IMG/VR virus record: IMGVR_UViG_3300048625_000299
Location: 1 to 64,000 of that record
Strand: one strand, 5' to 3'
Length of the DNA: 64,000 nucleotides
Shown here in pieces: positions 20,321-28,193 of the stretch. The first letter of the stretch is position 1, and the number at the start of each line of letters is the position of its first letter. The position numbers and the translations under genes were made by a program. The notes beneath the pieces are model-generated. The model was not told the origin of the DNA and did no database searches. It saw only the letters and a list, made by a program, of their open reading frames with translations.

Positions 20321-20977
20321 ATGAAACTTGAAGGACGCACAATTTCGATATTGAAAAACTTTGCGAGCATTAATCCTTCCATCATGTTTAAGCCAGGTCA
20401 GACTTTGAGGACGATGAGTCCTCAGAAGACGATCTTGGCTCAAGCAGTGATTAAAGAAGAGATGCCGAGTGAGTTTGCGATTTATGACCTAAGTCGTTTC
20501 CTGAGTGTGATGAGCTTGTTCCAACAACCATCACTTACGTGCCACGACAAGTATGCAGTAATTAGCGATGGGTCTCAGAAGGTGAACTATACGTTCGCCG
20601 ACCCAACAATGATCGTACTGCCTTCTGATAAGACGCCGAAGTTTGAGGCTGATGTCAGCTTTCAGCTATCGGCAGATGTGCTGAATAAGGTTCAGAAAGC
20701 TATGGGCGTATTGAATATGCCAGAACTTGCGGTTGTTGGTGACGGCAACAGTATCATGGTTCAAGCAATCGACTCAAAGAATCCATCCGGCGATAGCTTT
20801 GCTATTGAAGTTGGTGAAACAGAACACACATTCAGAATGATTTTTAGAGCCGAGAATATGAAGATTATTCAGGCTGATTATGATGTCGCCATCTCTTTTA
20901 AAGGCATCTCGCATTTCAAATGTGAAGATGTTGAATACTGGATCGCGACTGAATCTTACTCTACCCAAGGAAAATAA
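20321..20977 (+). CDS. gp45: sliding clamp
   Basis: LKNFASINPS, FAIYDL, YWIATE. Confidence 0.95.
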   Translation: MKLEGRTISILKNFASINPSIMFKPGQTLRTMSPQKTILAQAVIKEEMPSEFAIYDLSRFLSVMSLFQQPSLTCHDKYAVISDGSQKVNYTFADPTMIVLPSDKTPKFEADVSFQLSADVLNKVQKAMGVLNMPELAVVGDGNSIMVQAIDSKNPSGDSFAIEVGETEHTFRMIFRAENMKIIQADYDVAISFKGISHFKCEDVEYWIATESYSTQGK

Positions 20978-21150
20978 TGAAACCTACATCTAATTTCAGA
21001 CTCAGCAAATCTTTCAAGAACCTTCTTGGAAATGGCAAGTTTAAAGACGCACATGAGCGTGGCCATTTCAAGCGTATGTTGATTGATGCCCAACTGTCAG
21101 CAGAGCAGGCTAGCCGCGCAAAGCTTGACAAGAGCGCAAGAGAAGAGTAA
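20977..21150 (+). CDS. small hypothetical protein (57 aa)
   Basis: TAATG-coupled ORF MKPTSNFRLSK..., below ORF-track cutoff. Confidence 0.6.
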   Translation: MKPTSNFRLSKSFKNLLGNGKFKDAHERGHFKRMLIDAQLSAEQASRAKLDKSAREE

Positions 21151-21151
21151 A

Positions 21152-21295
21152 ATGCAACGTAGCGTGATAGATGACTTGATCGCTGAGCTTGAAGAAGCTA
21201 TTGCTAGTCTCCAAAACAGACCTGGCAATAGCGATGTTATAGCACAATTACAAACGCAGATTGATAGTCTGCGTCAACGTTATACAGAAGAGTGA
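21152..21295 (+). CDS. small hypothetical coiled-coil protein
   Basis: ATG 1 nt after previous stop. Confidence 0.5.
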   Translation: MQRSVIDDLIAELEEAIASLQNRPGNSDVIAQLQTQIDSLRQRYTEE

Positions 21296-21302
21296 ATATA
21301 TT

Positions 21303-21563
21303 ATGATTGAAGTTGATAAGAAAGCCCTCCGTGGCTACCTAGATGAAATGTCTGCCAGCATGTTCCGTGCTGGAGGTGAACGAGATTTTCAACGCGAAGC
21401 AACCAAGGATGCTGCTGAGAAATTTGAAATGAAACCAAAGACTTTAAAGAAACTTGCTCGCGTATACCATAAGCAAAACTTCACTGATGAAATTGCCGAT
21501 GCAGCAGAATTCCAAAAGCTGTATGAGGATACCGTATTGACTGCTCCTTCGATTGCGGAGTAA
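21303..21563 (+). CDS. dsDNA-binding protein (T4 DsbA-like)
   Basis: KKLARVYHKQNF...FQKLYE pattern. Confidence 0.7.
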   Translation: MIEVDKKALRGYLDEMSASMFRAGGERDFQREATKDAAEKFEMKPKTLKKLARVYHKQNFTDEIADAAEFQKLYEDTVLTAPSIAE

Positions 21564-21565
21564 AT

Positions 21566-22510
21566 ATGCGTGACGATTTCCTGTGGGTGGAAAAGTACCG
21601 CCCTCGTACCGTGGCTGACGCAGTACTGCCGGCCGAGCTGAAAGAGACATTCCAACAGTTTGTCAATGATGGTGTCGTTCCTAACTTGATCCTTACTGGC
21701 AGAGCTGGTACGGGTAAGACTACCGTTGCACGCGCCATGCTCGAAGAGCTCGAATGTGATTACATCGTAGTCAACGGCAGCTTGAATGGCAACATCGATA
21801 CGCTGCGCTATGAGATCCAGCAGTTTGCGTCGAGCATGTCGCTTTCTGGTGGCCGCAAGTATGTTATCCTCGATGAGGCAGACTACTTGAATGCAAATTC
21901 TACACAACCAGCTCTTCGCAACTTCATGGAAGAGTTCTCAAAGAATTGTGGATTCATTCTTACTTGCAACTATCCAAACCGAATTATTAAAGAGCTGCAT
22001 AGCCGTTGTAGCGTTATCAACTTTAAGATCCCATCTGCAGAGAAGCCAAAGCTAGCTGCTGGATTTTACCGCCGTGTAGTGGATATCCTTGGTCAAGAAG
22101 GTATTGCCTTCGAAGCAAAAGCAGTTGCTGCAGTCGTCGAGAAGCACTTCCCAGATTTTAGACGTACTCTGAACGAGCTGCAACGATACTCGTCCAACTC
22201 AAATAAGACGATCGATGTTGGTGTCCTAGCAAACGTCCAAGAAGAGTCGATCAAGCAATTAGTTGCTTCGATGAGGAATAAAGACTTTTCGGGCGTACGC
22301 AAGTGGGTAGTCGAACATATCGATATGGAGCCAAGCGTTCTGTTCAGACAGTTTTATGACTATTCGCACGAATACTTCTCCCCATCTGGTGTTGCTCAGC
22401 TTGTGCTGATCCTGGCCCAATACCAATATAAGCAAGCGTTCGTCGTTGATACGGAAATCAACCTCGTTGCATGTATGACCGAAATTATGATTGATTGTGA
22501 GTTTAAATAA
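21566..22510 (+). CDS. gp44: clamp loader large subunit
   Basis: LWVEKYRP, GTGKTT, DEAD, SRC. Confidence 0.96.
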   Translation: MRDDFLWVEKYRPRTVADAVLPAELKETFQQFVNDGVVPNLILTGRAGTGKTTVARAMLEELECDYIVVNGSLNGNIDTLRYEIQQFASSMSLSGGRKYVILDEADYLNANSTQPALRNFMEEFSKNCGFILTCNYPNRIIKELHSRCSVINFKIPSAEKPKLAAGFYRRVVDILGQEGIAFEAKAVAAVVEKHFPDFRRTLNELQRYSSNSNKTIDVGVLANVQEESIKQLVASMRNKDFSGVRKWVVEHIDMEPSVLFRQFYDYSHEYFSPSGVAQLVLILAQYQYKQAFVVDTEINLVACMTEIMIDCEFK

Positions 22511-22695
22511 TGTTCAAGTTTGGAAACTTTAATCCTGATCCAGTGTGGCACCGCCACATTAGCTTTGCTAAGAGCGCAGTTCGCATTGCAGCTGGTGCTG
22601 CGTTGATGTTGGTCGACTACAGCATGTGGGCGACAGTATCGGGAGCTTTATTCATTGCAGCAGAAGTACTTGGCATCATTGAAGAGATCGTATAA
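22510..22695 (+). CDS. small membrane protein
   Basis: Two hydrophobic segments. Confidence 0.65.
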   Translation: MFKFGNFNPDPVWHRHISFAKSAVRIAAGAALMLVDYSMWATVSGALFIAAEVLGIIEEIV

Positions 22696-22982
22696 TGTTC
22701 GATCTTCTTGCCCCGACATTTGATTGGATTAAGAATGACTGGAAAAGCAATCGATTTCGTTTTTGTGTTGAGGTCTTTGCTTGGGTTCTTAGTGTTAGCT
22801 GCGCTCTCACTATGGCACTCACCGTTCCAAACCCACCTCTCAAGTTTCTATACATTCCTTGGGTTACCAGTACTATTGTATATGCTGGGTGCGCTTATAG
22901 TCGGCGTTCCTTTGGCATGCTTGCTAATTACACCCTTCTTGCCATCATCGACGGCATCGCACTAATCAAGTGGTGGGCATAA
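22695..22982 (+). CDS. small membrane protein
   Basis: Three hydrophobic segments. Confidence 0.65.
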   Translation: MFDLLAPTFDWIKNDWKSNRFRFCVEVFAWVLSVSCALTMALTVPNPPLKFLYIPWVTSTIVYAGCAYSRRSFGMLANYTLLAIIDGIALIKWWA

Positions 22983-22984
22983 CC

Positions 22985-23386
22985 ATGACTCCATTTGATT
23001 TTGTAAACGCTATTAATATGTCCAAGAAGGACCTGATGACAGGTTCTGAGGACGACGTCCAAGCTGAAAAGGACTACGTCCCATTCGTCGTTAACCGCTC
23101 ATTGTCGTATTTTCCAGATACACTGATGTATGCAAATGAGATTAACCAGTATGGCGACCTCGACAAAAAGCTTCAATTCCACTTCCTGCTAAATAGTATT
23201 CGACCGGGAAAACGTTTTTCGAAATGGGTAAAAAAGGAAGAAAGTGCAGATCTAGAACTTGTTATGCAACACTTTAAGTATGGCATCGACAAGGCCAAGC
23301 AAGCGCTACCATTATTATCTGATGAACAACTATCCATTATAAGAACTATACAAACAAGTGGAGTTGAAAATGACAAATATACTTGA
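22985..23386 (+). CDS. gp62: clamp loader small subunit
   Basis: YVPFVVNRSLSYFPD, KRFSKW. Confidence 0.93.
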   Translation: MTPFDFVNAINMSKKDLMTGSEDDVQAEKDYVPFVVNRSLSYFPDTLMYANEINQYGDLDKKLQFHFLLNSIRPGKRFSKWVKKEESADLELVMQHFKYGIDKAKQALPLLSDEQLSIIRTIQTSGVENDKYT

Positions 23387-23768
23387 CTCATTAGTCGAGG
23401 TGAGGCTTGCAAAAGAAGATGATTTTTTAAAAGTACGTGAAACATTAACGCGAATCGGAGTCGCATCGAAGAAAGATAGAATTCTATTTCAATCGTGTCA
23501 CATTCTGCATAAGCAGGGAAAATACTACATCGTTCACTTTAAAGAACTCTTTGCTTTGGACGGTAAGCCAACAAATATCTCAGACGATGATTTATCAAGA
23601 CGCAATACAATTGCAAATCTAATTGCTGAGTGGGGATTGGTGACATTGGTAGATGAACTGAAATCGAAAGACCCAGTTTCACCACTATCACAAATAAAGG
23701 TACTTCCATTCAAAGAAAAGAATGAATGGGAATTGGTAGCCAAATACAACATTGGTCATAAAAAATAA
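23370..23768 (+). CDS. regA: translational repressor
   Basis: FLKVRETLTRIG, CHILHKQGKYYIVHFKELF. Confidence 0.97.
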   Translation: MTNILDSLVEVRLAKEDDFLKVRETLTRIGVASKKDRILFQSCHILHKQGKYYIVHFKELFALDGKPTNISDDDLSRRNTIANLIAEWGLVTLVDELKSKDPVSPLSQIKVLPFKEKNEWELVAKYNIGHKK

Positions 23769-23787
23769 TTGATATAGGGTTTTGGTT

Positions 23788-24240
23788 ATGAGAGGTAAAT
23801 GGCATACACGATTTTTTGATCTTGCAACTCATGTTGCACAATGGTCGAAGGATCCAAGCACAAAAGTTGGAGCATGTATTGTGAATGCAGACAACCAGGT
23901 GCTTAGTTTAGGGTTTAATGGGTTCCCGCGCGGGATATTCGATTTCGCAAAGAGATACGACGACAAGGAAACTAAGTACTTGTTTGTATCTCATGCTGAA
24001 CGCAATGCATTAGACAATGCGTTTGGAGATACACGAGGAGCGACGTTGTATACAACATTGTTCCCATGTAATGAGTGCACGAAGGGTATCATCCAAAAGG
24101 GAATACGGACGATCGTCACGCCTAGACCAGATACAACCAGAACACATAATCACTACGACATAACATTAGCAATGTTGCGCGAGGCTGAGATACAAGTTTT
24201 GTTCATTGAGCAGTTCGCTGAATTCGAAGAACAAAAATAA
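23788..24240 (+). CDS. cd: dCMP deaminase
   Basis: SKDPSTKVG, HAE, PCNEC. Confidence 0.93.
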   Translation: MRGKWHTRFFDLATHVAQWSKDPSTKVGACIVNADNQVLSLGFNGFPRGIFDFAKRYDDKETKYLFVSHAERNALDNAFGDTRGATLYTTLFPCNECTKGIIQKGIRTIVTPRPDTTRTHNHYDITLAMLREAEIQVLFIEQFAEFEEQK

Positions 24241-24253
24241 TTTACAAAAACTG

Positions 24254-24283
24254 TTGACTAGAGATATAATTTAGATATATACT
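24254..24283 (+). promoter_or_regulatory. sigma70-type promoter of the leader/tRNA island
   Basis: TTGACT-N18-TATACT. Confidence 0.6.
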
Positions 24284-24315
24284 AGACAAATATTAATCTT
24301 ACTTAAAAGAAACAA

Positions 24316-24432
24316 ATGTTCTCCATAGTCGTATCCACAACAAAACATGAGCAACCGAGCTATCTCAGCTTGGCCGCACGCTCATGCTTTATTGGTAATG
24401 GACGCGATTGGGCTAGCCGGGGAACCATGTAA
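24316..24432 (+). CDS. putative attenuator leader peptide (38 aa, all 20 amino acids)
   Basis: MFSIVVSTTKHEQPSYLSLAARSCFIGNGRDWASRGTM between a promoter and a terminator. Confidence 0.6.
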   Translation: MFSIVVSTTKHEQPSYLSLAARSCFIGNGRDWASRGTM

Positions 24433-24460
24433 CTGTCACTGTAAGTAACTAGAAACAAGG

Positions 24461-24497
24461 AACCCCAGGCATCGAAAGATCCTGGGGTTTTTTATTT
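24461..24497 (+). terminator. intrinsic terminator (attenuator candidate)
   Basis: AACCCCAGG...CCTGGGGTT followed by T-tract. Confidence 0.85.
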
Positions 24498-24513
24498 GTG
24501 GTTATCCAGACTG

Positions 24514-24683
24514 TTGACCAGAATGATGTTCTGGAATATAGTTTACGAATCGACTGAATTAATTTTTGATCGATCATGTTGATAAGATTGTTGTTCTGTA
24601 TTACAATCGAGTCTTCGGCAGATGAGTTAGTTGAAAAATTAATTACAAATGCTGTTGACTTTGATCTTGTATTGAACTACAAT
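24514..24683 (+). promoter_or_regulatory. tandem sigma70-like promoters
   Basis: Three TGTTGA-led boxes paired with TATAGT, TACAAT and TACAAT. Confidence 0.5.
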
Positions 24684-24790
24684 TGAGTCTGAGATAATTT
24701 TGCATTAGAGATCATCGAGTCTCTTAGCAGTAAAGGTTCTTTCACAATTTGTGGATGGTGGTTTCTGTAAGGGCTTGTTCTCTTACAGAG

Positions 24791-24918
24791 GCCATACCAA
24801 AATATGCTTACGCACATACTGCCGCAATTAGAGCGGTTGTTATCTGCGGTGGTTCTGACAGACTGCAAAAAGTCGACGGGTCAGCGTTGATGAACGTATG
24901 AGCATGTTTTGATATGGC
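24791..24918 (+). ncRNA. long-stem structured element S1
   Basis: GCCATACCAAAATATGCTTA / TGAGCATGTTTTGATATGGC terminal stem. Confidence 0.5.
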
Positions 24919-24921
24919 TAT

Positions 24922-24997
24922 GGTGTGTTCGTCTATCGGTTTAGGACGCTGCCCTTTCAAGGCGGAAAGACGAGTTCGATTCTCGTACGCACTACCA
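24922..24997 (+). tRNA. tRNA-Glu(TTC)
   Basis: Cloverleaf, TTCGA loop, CCA. Confidence 0.92.
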
Positions 24998-25119
24998 TTA
25001 ATTAAAATCTCTGTAAGCTCGGAGGCACAGTACATGCGTTATGTAACTATACTAATACGCCGTAATCGATCGTAAAGCGGTTGAGGTATAGCAAATAGTG
25101 CAGAGATTTTAATTAATGG
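24995..25119 (+). ncRNA. long-stem structured element S2
   Basis: CCATTAATTAAAATCTCTG / CAGAGATTTTAATTAATGG. Confidence 0.55.
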
Positions 25120-25123
25120 AAAT

Positions 25124-25200
25124 GCTTCGTTAGCTCAGTTGGTTAGAGCGCATGCCTGTCACGCATGAGGCCGTCGGTTCGAGCCCGATACGGGGCGCCA
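25124..25200 (+). tRNA. tRNA-Asp(GTC)
   Basis: Canonical cloverleaf, CCA. Confidence 0.95.
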
Positions 25201-25209
25201 AGTTATTTT

Positions 25210-25283
25210 ACCCGGATAGTTAAATGGTATAACGTGCGCTTGATAAGCGCTTATCGCAAGTTCGATTCTTGCTCTGGGTACCA
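25210..25283 (+). tRNA. tRNA-Ile(GAT)
   Basis: Cloverleaf, CCA. Confidence 0.9.
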
Positions 25284-25291
25284 AGTTTTAT

Positions 25292-25367
25292 ACCGTAGAG
25301 ATCCTCTGATGGGGATACCTCACTGTCTATGAGGATGTGGCGGGTTTGATTCCCGTCTACGGTGCCA
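25292..25367 (+). tRNA. tRNA-Asp(GTC), atypical
   Basis: All four arms pair; non-canonical D and T loops. Confidence 0.75.
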
Positions 25368-25371
25368 GTTT

Positions 25372-25442
25372 TAGAATAGTTACAGCAACACACAAAGAAC
25401 ACCAAACTTTTAATTTGACATGTTCGTCAACGCTATTCTGTT
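25372..25442 (+). ncRNA. stem-cassette RNA A (Lys-UUU anticodon-loop-like cargo)
   Basis: TAGAATAG-TTAC-AGCAA ... CTATTCTG-TT. Confidence 0.75.
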
Positions 25443-25448
25443 ATATTT

Positions 25449-25523
25449 GGGGACAGTAGTGGGCTACGGTTCTCCCTTGCAAGGAGGATGTCTAGAAGGA
25501 TTCGATTTCCTCGGTCTCCACCA
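25449..25523 (+). tRNA. tRNA-Ala(TGC), minimal D-arm
   Basis: G3:U70, TGC loop, CCA. Confidence 0.7.
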
Positions 25524-25532
25524 ATTTTTTAT

Positions 25533-25607
25533 ACTGCGTTCGACTTCAGGTGAGGTCATCACCCTTTCAAGGTGACTAGACGGGTTCGATACCCGTACGC
25601 AGTACCA
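25533..25607 (+). tRNA. tRNA-Glu(TTC)
   Basis: Cloverleaf, CCA. Confidence 0.9.
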
Positions 25608-25612
25608 GTTTT

Positions 25613-25687
25613 CGGTTGTAAGCTTTGATGGCGAAGTACCCGGCTCTTACCCGGATTAACGGAGTTCGATTCTCCGACGACCGACCA
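25613..25687 (+). tRNA. tRNA-Lys(CTT)
   Basis: Cloverleaf, CCA. Confidence 0.85.
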
Positions 25688-25691
25688 GTTT

Positions 25692-25813
25692 TAGGATACT
25701 TGCAGCAATGACTTAAAAGTCAGTAGGTTCGATTCCTACATTTGGAGCTTTCCAAATCCGTCGTAAGGTACGACAAACGATTGAAACTCGTTCAACTAAA
25801 AAGGTATCCTGTT
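25692..25813 (+). ncRNA. stem-cassette RNA B (permuted tRNA-Phe-like cargo)
   Basis: TAGGATAC-TTGC-AGCAA ... GTATCCTG-TT; cargo order V, T, acceptor, D, anticodon(GAA). Confidence 0.8.
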
Positions 25814-25821
25814 GTATTTGT

Positions 25822-25896
25822 AGGGGGCTTGTCGTCTGGTGATGACACTACGCTTTGACCGTAGGAAGATGAGTTCGATCCTCATGCCCCCCGCCA
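25822..25896 (+). tRNA. tRNA-Gln(TTG)
   Basis: Cloverleaf, CCA. Confidence 0.85.
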
Positions 25897-25929
25897 GTTT
25901 TTGTTTAACTAATTTAATGGAGGCAGTCT

Positions 25930-26064
25930 ATGAAAAAGACGAAACCGATCGTGCGCGAACGTAACTGCTTCGTTCGATTAGCACTATTCCGTAAAGCAGG
26001 ATCGCACCGCAAGTCTAACAAGGCATTGCGTAAAGCGATCAACCAATCATCGTTGGGTTTATAG
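25930..26064 (+). CDS. small basic protein (44 aa)
   Basis: GGAGG RBS; MKKTKPIVRERN...KAGSHRKSNK; stop lies inside tRNA-Lys. Confidence 0.6.
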   Translation: MKKTKPIVRERNCFVRLALFRKAGSHRKSNKALRKAINQSSLGL

Positions 26065-26131
26065 TTTAACGGCAAAAACATCTGGCTTTTAACCAGTAAG
26101 AGTCTCGGTTCGAATCCGAGTAGACCCACCA
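26055..26131 (+). tRNA. tRNA-Lys(TTT)
   Basis: Cloverleaf, CCA. Confidence 0.92.
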
Positions 26132-26210
26132 TATGAAAGCATACTACCGAAGTTGGTTCGGTTAGACAGGGAGATCCAATTGCCTATGTCGTTAGTGTGT
26201 TTTTATATGG
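26129..26210 (+). ncRNA. long-stem structured element S3
   Basis: CCATATGAAAGCATACTA / TAGTGTGTTTTTATATGG. Confidence 0.55.
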
Positions 26211-26273
26211 TACGTAATTTGAGTACAATGGTCACACGCCCTTGCTTAGATTACAAACGCCATAATAATTTAT

Positions 26274-26349
26274 TCCATCTTAGTATTCTCGGTGAGTACG
26301 CCCGGCTGTTAACCGGAGAAGGTTGGTTCGAATCCAACAGATGGAGCCA
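26274..26349 (+). tRNA. tRNA-Asn(GTT)
   Basis: Cloverleaf, CCA. Confidence 0.85.
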
Positions 26350-26354
26350 GTTAT

Positions 26355-26413
26355 GGGGCAAAAAGCGGATTCTGTCCAATGAATCTTTTGCAGCACACTG
26401 TAATGCCCCGCCA
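26355..26413 (+). ncRNA. 59-nt D-armless tRNA-like mini RNA
   Basis: GGGGCA/TGCCCC-GCCA acceptor plus two hairpins. Confidence 0.5.
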
Positions 26414-26417
26414 AATT

Positions 26418-26481
26418 TAGGATCCTTTCAGCAAAACTTATACTTTCACTTTTGGCTGTGAAAAGCAAAGCGGATCCTGTT
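26418..26481 (+). ncRNA. stem-cassette RNA C
   Basis: TAGGATCC-TTTC-AGCAA ... GGATCCTG-TT. Confidence 0.75.
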
Positions 26482-26487
26482 GAACAT

Positions 26488-26565
26488 GCCCACGTAGTGC
26501 AATTGGTAGGAGACAACGGTCTTAGAAGCCGAACAGTGTCGGTTCGAATCCGACCGTGGGCACCA
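26488..26565 (+). tRNA. tRNA-Leu(TAG), short variable loop
   Basis: Cloverleaf, A73, CCA. Confidence 0.88.
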
Positions 26566-26568
26566 AAT

Positions 26569-26637
26569 TTATACACAGATGTTGGTTCGATTCCAACCCT
26601 GATGAAGAGTAGCATAATATGGCAATGCAGTGTATAA
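26569..26637 (+). ncRNA. stand-alone permuted tRNA-elbow mimic
   Basis: TTATACAC / T-arm / short linker / D-arm / GTGTATAA. Confidence 0.55.
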
Positions 26638-26688
26638 TCCAAGCCTCGCGCTGACTTGTCGCGTATAATGAGATAAATTACAAGTCAC

Positions 26689-26791
26689 TTTTCTAGAGCA
26701 TATCGCGGCTGAGGCTAGGCCGTTATGTGGATCATAGCTGGGCCTTTCGGCTTGGTCGCCAGTTCAATTCTGGTAGATGTGTTCTAGAAAA
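26689..26791 (+). ncRNA. cloverleaf-like element S4 with extended terminal stem
   Basis: 16-bp closing stem, D-like arm, GCCAG-TTCAATT-CTGGT T-arm, no CCA. Confidence 0.5.
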
Positions 26792-26795
26792 GTTT

Positions 26796-26870
26796 GGGCT
26801 GATAGTGATAATGGGAGCACAGTGGCTTTGCAAGCCTCGGGTCGGGGTTCGATCCCCCGTCGGTCCACCA
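26796..26870 (+). tRNA. tRNA-Ala(TGC)
   Basis: G3:U70, CCA. Confidence 0.88.
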
Positions 26871-26879
26871 AATTTTAAT

Positions 26880-26956
26880 CCGTCCGTAGCACAATTGGAG
26901 AATGTTCCGTCCTACGAAGTCGAGAGGTGGGGGTTCGAATCCCTCCGGACGGACCA
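26880..26956 (+). tRNA. tRNA-Arg(ACG)
   Basis: Cloverleaf with weak anticodon stem, CCA. Confidence 0.82.
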
Positions 26957-27105
26957 TACTATAGTGTATTCTTCGTCATATGCGGGGTTTCAGGTTCCAC
27001 GTCAAATGTGCCAGAATGAGAATAGTCCTGCAGGTTAATGCTCAGGGTAACACATTAATACTTACAGACAGGTTGACACTTGTTTGGGAATGCATTATAA
27101 TATGG
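26954..27105 (+). ncRNA. long-stem structured element S5
   Basis: CCATACTATAGTGTATTCT / GGAATGCATTATAATATGG. Confidence 0.5.
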
Positions 27106-27110
27106 TTTAT

Positions 27111-27183
27111 GCGGGGTTAGTTTAGTGGTAAAACACTTTCCTTCCAAGTAAGAGTTGCGGGTTCGATTCCCGCACCCCGCTCC
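27111..27183 (+). tRNA. tRNA-Gly(TCC), no encoded CCA
   Basis: Canonical cloverleaf ending TCC-C. Confidence 0.9.
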
Positions 27184-27207
27184 CTTGAGTCGATGTCAAG
27201 ACTCGAA
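27182..27207 (+). repeat. 26-nt direct repeat, copy 1
   Basis: CCCTTGAGTCGATGTCAAGACTCGAA, identical to 28690-28715. Confidence 0.9.
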
Positions 27208-27223
27208 ACTTATAAATAAAAGT

Positions 27224-27763
27224 ATGGAAAAAACATACTATACAATTTATAAGATAACGAATCGGATTAATGGCAAGATCTATATTGGATCGCATAAGAC
27301 CAAAAATCTGAATGACAACTATATGGGTTCTGGAAAATACTTAAAGTATGCCCAAGACAAATATGGTATTGAAAAGTTTGAAAAAGAAATATTGTTCGTA
27401 TTTGATACGGCGCAAGAGATGTACGCTAAGGAAGCGGAAATTGTCAATGTTGAGTTCTTAGCTGAGCATAACACTTACAACATTAAAGTTGGAGGGTTTG
27501 GCGGTTGGGATCACATTAATAATGATGTAGAATTTCGTACGCAGAAAAATCAGCTAGCAAGGGCACGAGCTCAAGCTGCAGGGGCTTCGGATAAAGCAAA
27601 GTTATACAACACTGAACGGAGACGTCAGTATGATCTGAATCCAGCACGATGCGCTTCATGTAGCCAACCGCTTGATTTTTTAAAGCGCAAGAATAAATTC
27701 TGTGGGCATAGTTGTTCAGCTAAGTTGACCAACACCACTAGAGTTCGCAAATCGAACAAGTAA
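27224..27763 (+). CDS. GIY-YIG (Seg-like) homing endonuclease
   Basis: YTIYKITN...KIYIGSH, YMGSG, YN motif; late promoter at 27211. Confidence 0.9.
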   Translation: MEKTYYTIYKITNRINGKIYIGSHKTKNLNDNYMGSGKYLKYAQDKYGIEKFEKEILFVFDTAQEMYAKEAEIVNVEFLAEHNTYNIKVGGFGGWDHINNDVEFRTQKNQLARARAQAAGASDKAKLYNTERRRQYDLNPARCASCSQPLDFLKRKNKFCGHSCSAKLTNTTRVRKSNK

Positions 27764-27767
27764 GTTT

Positions 27768-27829
27768 TAGGATAGTTACCGCAATCAAAAAGCTAACTAT
27801 GGTTGTCTAGCGACAAAAGCTATCCTGTT
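27768..27829 (+). ncRNA. stem-cassette RNA D
   Basis: TAGGATAG-TTAC-CGCAA ... CTATCCTG-TT. Confidence 0.75.
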
Positions 27830-27836
27830 GATTAAT

Positions 27837-27918
27837 GGATGAGATGCTCTAATGGTAGGGCAGCGGGCTGTAACCCCGTGGCTTCGGCAAGTAGGTTCGA
27901 TCCCTACCTCATCCACCA
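27837..27918 (+). tRNA. tRNA-Tyr(GTA)
   Basis: Class II cloverleaf, CCA. Confidence 0.9.
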
Positions 27919-28104
27919 TTTAAGTGACCAGTTTCCGTAACAACTAGAGATGACTGGATCCATCATGATGAACAGTTACGGACGAAGCGTGGGAGTGGAA
28001 GAAGGTCTTGTTGTGTCTCCCGAAAATAAATGACGAAAGTCTTAGCGACAACGAGTAATATCAGTATAACCTAAGGGCGATGGCAAGCCTCTGATAGCCT
28101 TTAT

Positions 28105-28191
28105 GGACGTGTAGGAAAATTGGTAACCCCAGGAGACTGTAAATCTTCCGCCCGCAAGGCACTACTGGTTCGACTCCAGTCGCGTCCACCA
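28105..28191 (+). tRNA. tRNA-Tyr(GTA)
   Basis: Class II cloverleaf, CCA. Confidence 0.88.
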
Positions 28192-28193
28192 AA

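Noticed and set aside
38-23752. Minus-strand and off-frame ORFs overlapping core genes
   Set aside because: These are shadow ORFs of well-supported plus-strand T4-like genes.
26599-26605. CTGATGA hammerhead core
   Set aside because: No matching GAAA and stem II/III arrangement; the sequence is better explained as the linker of a permuted tRNA module.
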